A stretch of DNA of 44,223 nucleotides from Xylographa opegraphella. Taxonomy: Eukaryota. A program made the position numbers and the translations under genes. Below, piece after piece: positions 25,068 to 37,909 of this stretch. Numbering within the stretch: the first letter of the stretch is position 1; the number at the start of each line of letters is the position of its first letter. The notes under the pieces are model-generated. The model worked only from the letters and a program-made list of their open reading frames with translations. It was not told the DNA's origin and searched no databases. Where the stretch lies: contig JALDZX010000097.1 in the NCBI GenBank assembly GCA_022813865.1, forward strand, positions 1 through 44,223, read 5' to 3'.

Positions 25068-27712
25068 TCAGTTCACGTCCAGTACGCCCCTCGCGCCCAA
25101 GTCCCTCCGCGCTAGGTCCTCCACATCCACAACGTGCCCCATCCTCACGGCCTCGATGTCCCTCCGCTTGAGCATACATTCGGCGGAGTAGCGGCACTTG
25201 CGGTCGCCGCACCAGAAAGCCTCGTACTCGCACGTGCAGCCCCACAGGTCGACCACGAGCACGAAGGCAATCAGGCCGGTCGTGGTGGCGAGCAGGCCCA
25301 AGGAGTCGAGCCCGGCGGACGCCAGCGGCAGGCAGACGAGGATGATCGCCACGGCGAAGCGGACCGCGAGGCGGTGGCGCTTAAGGACGCGCTGCGAGCC
25401 GATCGACTTGTGTTCGTGCGAGGCCGAGATGCCACCTGGAGGGTGGGTAAGTCGTGAGTGAATAAGGTCTTGCTGAATGGACGGGTAACCGAGGCAGACT
25501 CACCCATGCACGCAAGCGCGATCCCAAGCCCCGCGCAGTAAAACCACCGCAGGCCGAGGGCGATGTCGGGCTCTGATTTCAGGGCATACGTCGGTGTGAG
25601 CGTGTCGGGATTGGAGCCGGCGCAGTCGTGCGCGATGACGAGTTTGGAGAGCGCGCCGGAGGCGAGGACGAACGACATGATGAACAGGAGATGGAGCCAC
25701 ATCCAGAACATGTCTGGAAAGGATTTGTATCAGAGATGGTGGCTTCTCGCCGGATTGGCGTTGGGAAATGGCTTACAGGCTATGTAATGACCTGGAGCGC
25801 GCGGTTATTAGGAAGCTGTTTGGACAAGTTGGGTAAGGGGACCCACGTACGACGGATGGCGTGTGTGAAGAGGTTGTGGCTGTCGATGTCGAAGTAGATC
25901 ATGTTCAGGGTGAAGACCTGGATTAGTCCGAGTATGGCTTTTCCAAAAAAGCTAGGAGTCGTTGGTTGTTTGTCTCTGCTTTCAAAGAAGGGGGGAAGGG
26001 AGCGTACACGTTGATCCCATATGATGCCTGGTTCTGATACTAGAAATGGAGGATACATATCTTAGCAATTTCATACGACTGGTGCTACTGGCTAGGGTTG
26101 CTAACCAATAGTGATACCACGGAGTATCCAAATACAACAGTGACAAAGGCGTTTGTTCTTTCCGCTATGTAAATTAGTTACAGTCTCATCGGGGTCCTCT
26201 CACACGTACTCCTATGCTCGATGTTCAAAGCTGTCAAACGTCAGTCAAAGATCTCGATGTGGGTCGAACGGACAACCGTACCGGGATAGAACTGCAAGTA
26301 TTTGGCTATGCTGGCTAAGATTGTACCTTCCCAGCGCTCAGAAGTTCGTACGATCGCAATCATAATCCCAGGACAGAACAACTCTGAGATCATCGGTCAG
26401 ATCTGTCACCTTAGGCATGAATATCAAGATGCTGGCGAGTGCTTACCTATTGGAATTGCCAGCCAAATGAGCACCAAACGTGTCGAGTCTCCCACACGTG
26501 TGCTCCCAATCCAGAGAGCACTGGGTATTAGAATGAGTATCACGCTACCAATGAGCATGCCGCGAATCACAGGCAGAAGACGGGCCGTCCAAAGGAAGTA
26601 CACGGCCTGAAAAAGCCTTTCGGAAAGCTACAAGTGGTTAGGAAATGTCATTTGGATACAGAGTTGTGAAGATTGCAAACATAAAAGGCTATCATTGCAG
26701 TATACGTCGAGTCAAAGGCATTGGTGATGTTCGTCGTATAGCCAGTCAGGCAGACCAAGAAGAACAGAACGCAGAGGCGCTGGAAAATATCATCTGAGTC
26801 CACATTAGACGACGAGGACGCGGCAGAAAGCGTTCAATCATAACCCCATACCGGTCTCGAACCAACTCACGATGAGAGTCAGCTCGCTCCACAGTTTCCA
26901 GCTGAGGATGAAGGTCACACAGAATTGCAAGAGGGCGGTCCCGGTCGGGTCTTCTGCAGCACGATCGCCATTGATGGCGATGATACCGACGTACAGAAGA
27001 TCCACGAAAAGCTCAAAGGACGCAACCTCCGCGGTTTCCGAAGCGCGCCAGATGAGGCCCTTGTGGAAATACTGTCGGATGACGGGCTTCTTCCAGAATT
27101 TCATCGACTCTCCGCGCAGTCGTTCAGCTTCCCGGTCTTGCTGCGACCGAGTCGAGGTTGCGGACGAGTCCACTTCCCGGGTACCTTTTCAACATCTCAG
27201 TCCCGGTCTCGACAGTAGAGATCCTGTGCCGCACGAATCACTTACGGATGTGAGCACTGTAGCCATAACGCGAGAAGTTGGCATCCAAAGCGATATCCTT
27301 GTCCGTCAGAGCACTCAGCTCCGCAGACAAGACATCCAGCTCCGCATGCACTTTCTCAAACTCGGCGTAGGCATCGGTGTGCGTGCGGCGGAGAGCATTG
27401 CGCTTCTCCTCGTTGTGGGCATGGATTTCGCGGATGACTTCGAGCTTGAGGATCGATTCAGTTCCGCGGATCCGGCCATGTGATATTCTAGATGCTTACA
27501 TGTTCGGGTGAACCGTGGATGATCAGATCACACTCGAAGTTTGGGCTCTCCTGCGAAAGTTGACGGCGCAATACCTCCGCGACTGCTGGGGAGGCGGCGA
27601 CGTGGACCGTCCTGCCGTCGGGACGTGAAAACTGTCGCCAGCGCCCGGTGTGGTGTGGGGGATCGGACTGTACTTGTATCTTCTCACTCATGCCGGCGTC
27701 ACTGGATCCCAT
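25068..27712 (-). CDS. LtrA (low temperature requirement A)-family polytopic membrane protein, many exons
   Basis: FWKKPVIRQYFHKG, FELFVDLLYV, FYPALNIEHRTERTNAFV, FFGKAILGLIQ, HAIRR, LRWFYCAGLG, several TM segments. Includes short exons of ~21 and ~32 nt at 26000-26230. Internal exon borders only partly resolved. Confidence 0.85.
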
Positions 27713-28114
27713 TTATCATGTCACAAGAGGCGACCGTGTGGCTGCGCGGATGCGCAATTCATCAGTTCTTGAGCACTGTTCTCGAAGTTGGCACATCTCA
27801 GCGTTACTAATCACTAAATTCCTTCCTAGGCTGTGTAGTCCAATTATTCGATAGTTCGATAGAGTGATCTTTGGTTGATCTGAAACCAATGTAAGAACGA
27901 TCTGATTGGTTGTATATCACAGGCCTCTGAAATGCAAACGACAGCCAAGTTGCAGTGCATTTGGGGAGTGAAATGCGTTGAAGTAGGTATGCTAGACTGT
28001 TCCAACTATCTACTCGAGTCCCACCATGTAGCTGGCATGATCAAGGTCTATTTCGGTGATCTAAACTCGTCTATTCTACAGAATCACGGTCGGAAGCCAC
28101 GGTCTGATCCCATG

Positions 28115-29953
28115 TCACAACTTGGACGATATCCACATCCCGAGCTTCTCAAGACCAGCCGGCCCGTCGTAGATCTGTTGCTCAATCGTGCGAGTATTCA
28201 CCTAGGTAAACTGGTCAGCGTGGCCGTTGCGTTTCGGGAACTATAAAGGTCAGAACTTACATGAGATGGCCCAAGGTCTTGCACAACCTGCGCACCCAAT
28301 AAGCGCATAGCAGTCTTCAGTTCATCCTGCAGTACTACAACAATCAGTATCGGTACCTGTACGCTAGGATAGGGTTCGACTCACTCTCAAGCGTTCGCTC
28401 AACGCCCGCAGGACCTCCGGCACCCAATCCCCACAAAGCAGCTCGCCCGATGCCAACTCCCGTCGCTCCCAGGCACAGCGCCTTGACCACGTCGGTTCCA
28501 CGCTTGATGCCGCCATCAACATAGACCTCGAGCCTGCTGAAGACCTCCGGGCAGTACTTTCGGATCTCCAACAGCGTGTGTACAGCCGGTGGGGCTGTGT
28601 CGGCAGCACGACCTCCGTGGTTCGACAAGATGATCCCTTTCACTTGCGGAGCGTGGAGATAAGCCAAGTAAGCATCTTCATGGGTTTGGATGCCCTTCAG
28701 GACTATGGGCAACGACGTGTGTTTCGCCAACCATGGTAGCGTAGTTTTCCATGTCAGCCTGGGCGAGGTGCCCCAGAAGAGCTGTGCACCGATACCACCG
28801 CCGCCAGGCTTCAGAGATTCTCCCTTTTGCGCTGCCGAAGTCACGGGTAGATTGGCAGCAACATTCGAAGCTCTCTCGTCATCTTCCCGCTTCCCCGGGA
28901 CTGGCGCATCAAGGGTCAAACATACGAACTTGATCTTGTCCGAGAGACGATTGATCCGGTCCAACATAGCCTCGCTTTTTCTGGCATCCAGTTGCGCGTA
29001 AAGTTGCCAACCAAACATCTGACTGGGTTCCGCGTCCGCTACGATTTGTTCCGGTGTCATGGACGCATTGTTCGATATGAGCTGCATGGCACCAAACTTC
29101 GAACACGCCTGCGCTATCCCCGCCTCGCCGGACGGGTGTGCTAAACGAGCCATTGCTGCAGGAGCAACGTATATCGGTGAGCCTACTCGGTGGCCCAAGA
29201 AAGTTGTGGACGTGTCGCACTTCTCACAATCGACGAAGACCCGTGGTCGCAGCAGAATTGAGCTGTATGCTTCATTGTTCAGACGCTTCGACTTGAGGTC
29301 GTCCGAGGCAGAGAAGTAATACGCCCACGCCTTCTTGCTGATCTGCTTGGTGGCAAGCTGTTCGATTTCTCCCAGATTCAGCAGGGTCTCGAGTGGAGGG
29401 GGTGATTCCTCGAGGCGTGTTCCTTCCTTTGGCGCTTCTTCTTTCGGGAGAGTGTCGGGATCGACCTGGCCGAGTTTTGCTTCGGGCGAGAGGTGCTCCT
29501 CCAACGTACCGGGTGGATGAACGGGATCGTATTGCTCGGTAGCATTCCGGCCCGCAAGCTGCAGGACGATTTTTGAACCTCCTGGGTGGCGAGGCAGAAA
29601 GTCGGTCACCTGTGCGTAGTCTTTAGCCCCCGAATATGCCGGGACTGTAGAGACAAGCCGACATCATAGACGTTTCCGTAGAGAATAACCCAGCAACTCT
29701 CCGGAGAATTGTGCTTGGCAACTGATGGGGAAACGAATTAATACAATTCCTGACGGAACCAGGCCCAGTTCGAGCGTGGTGCAAAGATAGACGTATCGCG
29801 CGTACAATAACAAGGGAGGACTTTAGTGAATTAGATTGACCAAAAGGGGGAGCGCATGTTTGTGCAATTCAGGAAGCTCAGATGCGCCAGCTTCGAAGAG
29901 CACCAATGCAAAAGCTTCGCATGAGGTCACATACCTTCGGCGGCGTCAAGCAT
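28115..29953 (-). CDS. Flavocytochrome b2-like FMN-dependent alpha-hydroxy-acid dehydrogenase with N-terminal cytochrome b5 domain and C-terminal SKL, 5 exons
   Basis: [37 protein letters not shown] (b5); [46 protein letters not shown]. Last exon reads ...[13 protein letters not shown] with the stop at 28115. Confidence 0.93.
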
Positions 29954-32061
29954 ATCCGTGTCGTGGACAGCCTTTTCTACTTTCACCTTGTGCCCGTCTC
30001 GCAATGACACACGCAAAAAGAATCAAATGAGGTGAATCGGGAGAGAATCATGTAGCAATTCCTAAACTCATCCTCGGTTGAGATAAAATACTCTCTCTTT
30101 GCGCCAGTCTACCCCTCATTGGCGGATAATTTCAACGGATCGCCTCGCCGAGAACATATTATCTACTGTTTCGGTTCAGCATCTACTCTGGCCCGAGACT
30201 TGGTTCGTGGATTATCACTCTTCAAGCTATTGATATGTGTTAAGTCGTGCCCGTGGCTCAGGGTGTCGGCGATCATGTTTGAGGTAGGATAGCATCTTGG
30301 TAGACACAGCGACGGGATAAGCCATTGACAGCTCGCAGGCTCATGCGTCAGATCGCTATCATCTACGTATGCACCGGGCACGATCCGTCGTATTGACCAA
30401 CGACGAACTCGTGGAAGTCCGAGCCGCGCAGCGTACATTCGAAGGTAGGATATCGATATCTGTTGGTATCAGATGCTTACTTTGAATCAAGGCGCCTATA
30501 TGCGCACAGCGCTCTCGCAGTTCTCCTTTGCCTTGGTAGGTTGAGTGGTCGGTTACTCGAATGAGGTTGTTCGAGCAAACTGCTCCATGCTCATCAGCAG
30601 TGTCAAGGCCAATCTTTGGAGATCGGGGCTGATGCCGCTGCTTCAGGTCGTGCTCAAGATTTTCACCTCCGAGTTCTACAGCATCGGCGCCTTATTTGCC
30701 ATCTACGGGGCCGGGGTTTTGCTGGCAAGCCTCTTTCGGCGACAGCAGGGCAACAAGCAATTTTTCTCCGAGATTGGTGAGAATGGCCTGAACCGGAAGC
30801 GATTCCGGACCAGTGGCAACGTGGTGGTCGTCTTGACCGCATTATCGGTGGCAGCCTACGGCGGCCTGCTCGGTAGGTCATTAACTTTCCATCGCCGTTT
30901 GACTTTTGGAGGCAGGGTCTGCTTTCCGTTCTGGAGCACATCATCGGTCACATACACATCGCAGGCTGAGCTGATGGCGATCTAGGACTGACGTTGAAAT
31001 TGGGCGAGTGATCTTCACTCTCCCAGTTTCTTCGGCTTGCTTGAGCTGCAACTTTCCCTGGCCACGTCGACCCCCGGGCTAGATAGTGAAGAAGGAGTCT
31101 AGATAGCTCTCGAGGCCTAGGAGATGGCCTGCCTCAGGTTCGGCTTATCCGTGATGGCAGCGTCTGATATATGCGCCTATATGATTAGACCGCGTAGTCG
31201 TGGTAGCCTACCTCTGTAAAGCAACAAACAATGTTTACCTCCAGTAGATAACCGCAGTGGGAAAAGTTGTAGTTCAAGCCAATAGTGCGATGTAACGACT
31301 CAGTGGACGGAATGCCTGCGCAGCCCACGAGCTGGTATGGCTCCTTCTGATTGGTACATCCGCAGCACTACCTTGGGGCCACGGGTCGCAGAGGTTCCAG
31401 AGCAGCATGGATTCCAGTGATAGAGGCAATGACATGATAGTCAACTAATGAGCCATTCACGGGTTGCACTCGCATTGATGCAAGATGTCGTGGTTGGTGT
31501 GACGGTGGAAGAGTGGCATCTCCGTCGGACTCGCCTTCAAGGAGGCCGAAACGGTCCCGGCATTAAGCGGACGTAAGACGTGTTCCAGAAGCAACAGGCG
31601 GGCTCTTAGGCGGAAGCTCCAGCCACACCTCCCCTGGACATTGGCGCCATCGCGCGTCATCGCCGGCTGGAGCACCCCCGGAGGCGGCCTGCGTCAAAAG
31701 CTCGGCCTTTAGTTGGTCCCAACCTTAATACACGAATTCTTCGGACTTTCTGATTCTGACTGGCGACTTGGTAGTCATCGCTCCCATTCACCACAAACAC
31801 CGTGAACTACTAAGCCCTCTCAGCTCGGTGTCAAGTTTTCGCCTTGGAACGCAGTCTCTTCCCGTCATGTTCTCTGCGCATTCCTTATTTGCGGGTGACT
31901 GAGCTCTGCCGATATCCCTGGTCAGTGCAGCTCCCTGACCATGCTCATACCTTTCGCTCACCGAATCTACAGCCTGCCTCCCATTCCACTGACCTTGCAC
32001 GCCTCCCCTGCATACCCTTCCTTCGAGAAACATCTTCCAGCGGTCCTGCTGACGAGGCTGA

Positions 32062-34919
32062 ATGCCGCTACTTTGCCATGAGGATACGGTTTCTTATGCA
32101 ATGCAGCCGGACTCGGTCGCTGGTCCGCCGCGGGTCCTTCCTGCGCCCCTCGTTCGCCGGCAGAGTCAACATTCCGTGATAGCCAAGGCAGCGATCATGA
32201 GTAACTACACAGTGGCCGCGCCAGAGGACGGCCGAGCTTCGGAACATGCCCCGTCTACTAAAGAGAACAGCATGCCTCATAGTCGAGGTTCGAGTGCCAG
32301 TCTCGCCGCGCCCCATCCTTCTCTCAAGTACAGAAGCAGCATTGGGACAGCCCTGACCGATACGCCTGTGACTACGGCTCCCAACAGCCCCAGAATGTGA
32401 GTGGCATCTCTCACATCAGACACGAAACCCACTCTATCGAAATTAATCTCACCGGTTTCTTAACGTCTTGATAGACCGCCGCGGCGTTCGGAATCCGGGT
32501 CATCGACTCCGCCGCGTAGTCGCCCTACTACCTTGGATATACCCGGTCTGACCAAGTCCAAAGTCTCACCTGATGTTCGTGCACCCCTCTGCTCCCTCGT
32601 CGCGAGTTACCTGAGGCAATGACACTGAGGTGTACTGCTCATTTCTTGGCCGTACATGTCAATGAAGGCTTGTCAAGAGCAACGCTAACTTCGATGCTTC
32701 TACAGGGGCGCATCGCGCAACGCGATGTTGGAGCAAAGTTGGTGATTGTGATGATAGGTATGATGGTATCCTAGTCCTCCAATAACGCTGATTGTCCGAA
32801 GGCCTCCCAGCGAGTACGTATTTCCAGAGTCTCTTGTTAAAGTTACCCTCAAGTGGAGTCGTTCAAGTGTTCTGGAAGTACTCAGCTTAAAAACCCCTTC
32901 CCAAGAGTTCTTCTGATCCCAAACTTGGATACTAGAAAGATGAATGCTGACCTTATATCACGTACACAGCCGGAAAATCGTGTGGAAACCCCCCCTTTCT
33001 TCTAGTCATATTCCGTAAATAACTAATCGCGCCAGATATATAACTAAAAAGATATCGAGGTACCTCAACTGGCTTCAGCATGATACACGGATATTCAACG
33101 TGGGCGAGAGAAGACGTGTAGCTGCCAGAGGATCCAGCCGGCAGCCCACACCGGCGAAAGCGACGAACGGGTTCCATCGGGAGCTTGACTTTCGACCCAG
33201 TTCAATCACAGGCTCTCTAAACGGTATCCTGAATCAGAAGTCTCTCGTAGTATCACCAACATTGGCCCCCGGGATTTTAATTAATGGGCGTGATGTCGAT
33301 CAAGGACGTAACGACGAGCTACTACCACCTCCAGCCATAGACACCGGTGAATCAGCATTTCACGAAGGTTGGCCGCCTCGGCCACACGACACAGACAGTC
33401 CTTTGAGTGTACGTCGCTTGGTAGAGGCATTACCTGTCGACACTAAAGATTCACTGGAGCCCGAAGTGCTTGAGCAGACAGCGGATTTCTTTGACCCAGA
33501 GAACACTAAAGCAGCTCAAATACGCGAGCAGGTAGCTCAAGAAACTTTAGACGAACTCTTGGATTACATCCTGGAACAAGGAGGGTCCGTCGGCATTTTC
33601 GATGCCACAAATAGTACGTTGAACCGGCGTCAGAGGATCTTGAAACAAATTCGCGAACGAGCTGGCCCGGAATTGGGGGTTCTATTCCTCGAGTCAATAT
33701 GCTTTGACGAGCAGCTGCTTGAATCGAACATGAGACTCAAACTCTCGGGACCTGACTATAAAGATCAAGATCCCGTTACGGCTCTGGCCGACTTCAAGAA
33801 GCGTAGGGCCATGTATCAAAAGTCTTACGTGCCGGTGGGCGAGTACGAAGAGCGCAACAATCAGGTTCGTTCTCAGATTATCCGCCATGACTACGTGGGT
33901 GGTCGCGCTGATGGATGATAAGCCGTACGTACAGATGATCGATGTCGGCCGGAAGATTGTGTCGCACCGGATTCAAGGCTTTCTATCCGCTCAAACGGTC
34001 TATTATCTGTTGAATTTCAATTTGTCTCCGAGACAGATATGGATTACGAGACACGGCGAGAGCGTGGATAATCTCAGTGGAAAAATCGGGGGTGATTCCG
34101 ATCTAAGTGCGAAAGGAGAGGCATATGCGAAGGCCCTGACGACGTTCATGCAACATGAACGTCAAGTGTGGGATGTCCGCCAGGAGGACAAAGCTCGTCT
34201 CACCCATTTCCCTCCAATACCGGGTGATGTCACCCCACCCAACCCAGACTACTCTCGTCACGGCGAAGGAAGCGACGGGCACACACATAGCAGCTTTTGT
34301 GTCTGGACCTCGATGCTGAAGCGCAGCATCCAGACAACTCAATACTTCGACGAGGAAGAATTCGAGATCAAACAGATGAGAATGCTTGACGAATTGAATG
34401 CAGGCGCGATGGAAGGCATGACATACGAGGAGATCAAGATGAAGCATAGGCACGAGTATGAGCAACGCAAGAAGAACAAAATCGCCTACCGATACCCGGG
34501 TAAGTCTTTCAGTCCACCCCAGCCTCGGTCTACCGTCAACTGATCCGCGTCATGAAGGCGCTGGGGGCGAAAGCTACCTGGATATCATCAATCGACTACG
34601 AGCAGTGATTGTCGAAATTGAACGGATGACAGATCATGTGCTTTTAGTCGGACATCGCTCAGTTGCTCGCGTATTACTGGCCTATTTCAAAGGTCTGAAA
34701 CAGGAGGATATAGCGGACCTCGATGTTCCTCTGGGAATGTTGTACATGCTGGAACCAGTGAGTGCTGCATCGTCCCCCATCATTTCCCTCGCAGCTAAAA
34801 GTAGCCATCAGAAACCATACGGCGTGGATTTCAAGGCGTACCGATATAACCCTGAGACCGACTGGTTTGACCTGGTCCCTGACTACGAGCTACGTCGAGC
34901 AGCCTCCCAGCATGATTGA
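32062..34919 (+). CDS. pfk26: 6-phosphofructo-2-kinase/fructose-2,6-bisphosphatase family (Pfk26-like), ~9 exons
   Basis: KLVIVMIGLPATGKSYITKK rebuilt from micro-exons; FNVGERRR, IFDATNST, KLSGPDY, WITRHGES, LDELNAG, GGESY, VGHRSV. Start at ATG 32062 or 32101. Confidence 0.92.
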
Positions 34920-35690
34920 GAAGCAGCATTTTAGTTTTGCTGAACGATCCTCTAAAGTTGCACAATTAGGCAAGCCGTTGAAGGCGGTTCGTTGGCTGTG
35001 CAAAAAGTGGCGTCTGCTGTGTCTGGAATTGCTTACAGGGGTGTTTGTGTTTGAGGGAATGGTATTGGATGTAGCGAGGAGTACTGTTCTGATTCAATGG
35101 TTTGTACTTTGGGCGAAGGCTGAATCGGTTGATTGACGGGGTTGGTGTTACTCGTCTCCTTATTGGGTGGGAGGTCGGTTCTGGTAGGATATGTGTGCTG
35201 AAGCTCTTAAAGGAAGCTCCCTTGTAGTCTAGATTTATCACACATGCATATTCCTCTTCTACAGCAGGAGCATGAATGACCCCCGTGAATATCCGGGAGA
35301 TTTTCTCTTTGCAAGGCCGAGTTCTCGTTGCCCTTTCCCCATTATGTAAGCGAGCAGACGGACATCCCCCCTTGTTTGCGGGGAAATTGAAAGGGACCGT
35401 AACACCACCACCAATAGCACTCTCACATCCTACCCTTCCACACCTGCTCCCCCCACACACCTGAGATCCGGTCCAAATCGTCGCAATCTGGCCCAGCTGT
35501 CGAACTGTACCAGCAGCTACAGTCCATCCTGGATATAGGCCGAGGGTCGTCTGCGCGTCTGGGCCCCTCTACCCAATTTGTGTTAACAATCCTGAGACAC
35601 CTCGATCGTGGGCTCAGAGGAGGCTTTGCCTCGTCAATTCGGTTCACATTACTGGGGCATAGTTGGCAACGACCGAGCCAGGGCATCGCC

Positions 35691-37091
35691 ATGTCGCGCT
35701 CCGGATTTGATGCCGCATCTCCACTGTACGCCCGAACAGCAGCAGAAATCGATGATGCGGCCTCCACCAAGTCAGGCTCAACCACCTATACTACCGCCTC
35801 GAGCGGGACGAAACGCAAAAGGGTCGTCGAGCCCAAATTCTACTCGGTGCGTGTGGGGCACCGTCCAGGCATCTATCACACCTGGAACGAGTGCCTCAGT
35901 CAGGTCAAGGGCTTCAAGAATGCTACCTGTAAGCCCCAAGAATTCGTTGGATGTTTTCAACCATAGTAGAAGCTTATGTAGAATGTGTAGTCAAGTCGTT
36001 CCCGTCGTTGATCGACGCAGAGCGATTCATGGCCGGCGAGGATCCCGCCAAAGGCGCGGGGACCTCTTCCTCCCCTTACAAGTTCTACGCTGTCCGGAGT
36101 GGGAGAGTACCCGGTATATATACCGATTGGCCGTCAGCACAAAAGCAGATTATCGGGTGGACGAAGCCAAAGCACAAGTGTTTCTCTACGCGGGCTGAGG
36201 CGCAACGTTTTCTGGGTACGGCCGATACCAGACCATCAACCGATGAGACGGAAACGCAAGGGCCCGAGAACGGGATCATGATGGGCTATCCGAACCTCGA
36301 CGGCCACGAACCGTACGCCTCCGAGCCACAATCCAAAAAATCCAAGAAACCCACGTCGGCGGCGCAAGGAATGGCAAGGACGTCAAAGATGCCGTCGAAC
36401 GAGTATAACCCCGAGGACTATGAACCGGGCACCGGTCTATTTCCACCGGGTGCGGAGGATGGGTTTGACCCCAACATCATCCTCTGCCCTCGGACCGGAA
36501 ACGTCGTCTACAAGACACAAGCGCAAAGGGAGGCCACCAAACTCCAAGCCATCAGGCCGACGACCGACCATATGCTACGCGTACATACCGATGGCAGCTC
36601 GCTTCGCAACGGTCAAGACGGCGCGTTTGCCGGGGTCGGTGTTTTCTTTGGTCCGAACGATGAGAGGTAGAGTGTTAGAGGGTACCTTGGACGTGTGGGC
36701 GACGCTGACCGGTGCTAGGAATGTGTCCGAAGCGCTACCGGGACCGCGTCAGACGAACCAGCGCGCCGAGCTGACGGCGATTCTGCGAGCCCTCGACAGC
36801 ATCCCTCGGAGCACGGATGTCACGATCGTGACGGACAGCCGATATGCCATCGACTGCGTTACGCTGTGGCACACGAATTGGCGGCGAAACGGATGGAAGA
36901 CGTCGACGGGGAAGGTGGTGGAGAACCGCGACCTGGTGGAGAGCATCCTCAGCCGGATGGAGGAGCGGGGGTCACTGCAGACGCGGACGACGTTCGAGTG
37001 GATCAAAGGGCACGCGAACCACCCGGGCAACGTGGAAGCCGACTCGCTGGCAGTGACGGGTGCGCGACGAGCCGCAGGGCACGCGGAGTAG
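35691..37091 (+). CDS. rnh1: Ribonuclease H1 (two N-terminal hybrid-binding domains plus RNase H domain), 3 exons
   Basis: KFYSVRVGHRPGIYHTW and KFYAVRSGRVPGIYTDW; catalytic HTDGS, TNQRAEL, VTDSRY, GNVEADSLA. Introns 35928-35990 and 36667-36718. Confidence 0.95.
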
Positions 37092-37909
37092 AGCAGGCCA
37101 ACTGCGCGAGGCGTCTCGACCTCGCTCGGGTCAGCCTTCTCCTCAGCTATTGGTATATTGCATGCAATTTATCGGAAGCGCTTTTGCCGGTCGAGTGAGC
37201 TGTTTGTGTATGCTGTGTTTAACCAGTATCCGTAGCTACCCAAGGCGTCCCTCCCGACGTTCGGTCTCATTGCCCCGTTTTGCACGGTCACGGTGTTCGC
37301 CATCCGTCCTCGAGGTCCGTTGAAGCAGCGGGCGTTCTTGTTCTTGGAGAGATTGGAGCCCGACTAAAGTCGAGACGAAAGCACCTAATCTGATAGACTT
37401 TCGCACTCGACGTCATGAGTCGTCTCGTCTGCGCCCGAGGCCTGGCTTAGATGAGCTTCACCCCCTTTCCGGCCTACAACTTCCGCTCGATCGGCTTCTG
37501 CCAAGCCATTTCGCCAAGGCTGAAAAAACTTCTTCATTGGTCCGTGCTAGCGTTGAACCCCGGCCGCTCACGCCCCGATGACGTGCCGTGTCTCGGCTCT
37601 TCTCTTCCTTATCTGCTACGAGAACTTTAGTCGCACTCGAGTTGTCGATATAGTCTTTCTTATACACTACAATACTCCCGAACATTGCCCACCCTCCCTC
37701 GATATACAGAGGCCATTGCCTCAAGCTACAGCTATAGACATTTACCGTCAGGCACGGTGGCTCACTACGGACGATCAGCATCCGCGGTCACGAACGACCG
37801 GATCTCTTTTCATGATTCAATAACACTCTATACATTATTCTTGCAACGGATTCGTTTGAAAAGCGCCTACGGCTGACAGCTGACATCGGCCGAGCCATAC
37901 CTCCCGATT

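Noticed and set aside
30300..31100. Possible gene or pseudogene between the cytochrome b2-like gene and pfk26 (ORFs 30545-30985 + and 30663-30944 -)
   Set aside because: No recognisable motif or coherent splice model. A minus-strand frame has several stops, but I cannot show it was ever coding.
35691..37091. RNase H as a sign of a retrotransposon or caulimovirus insertion
   Set aside because: It has spliceosomal introns and the cellular RNase H1 architecture, with no RT, integrase or LTRs nearby.
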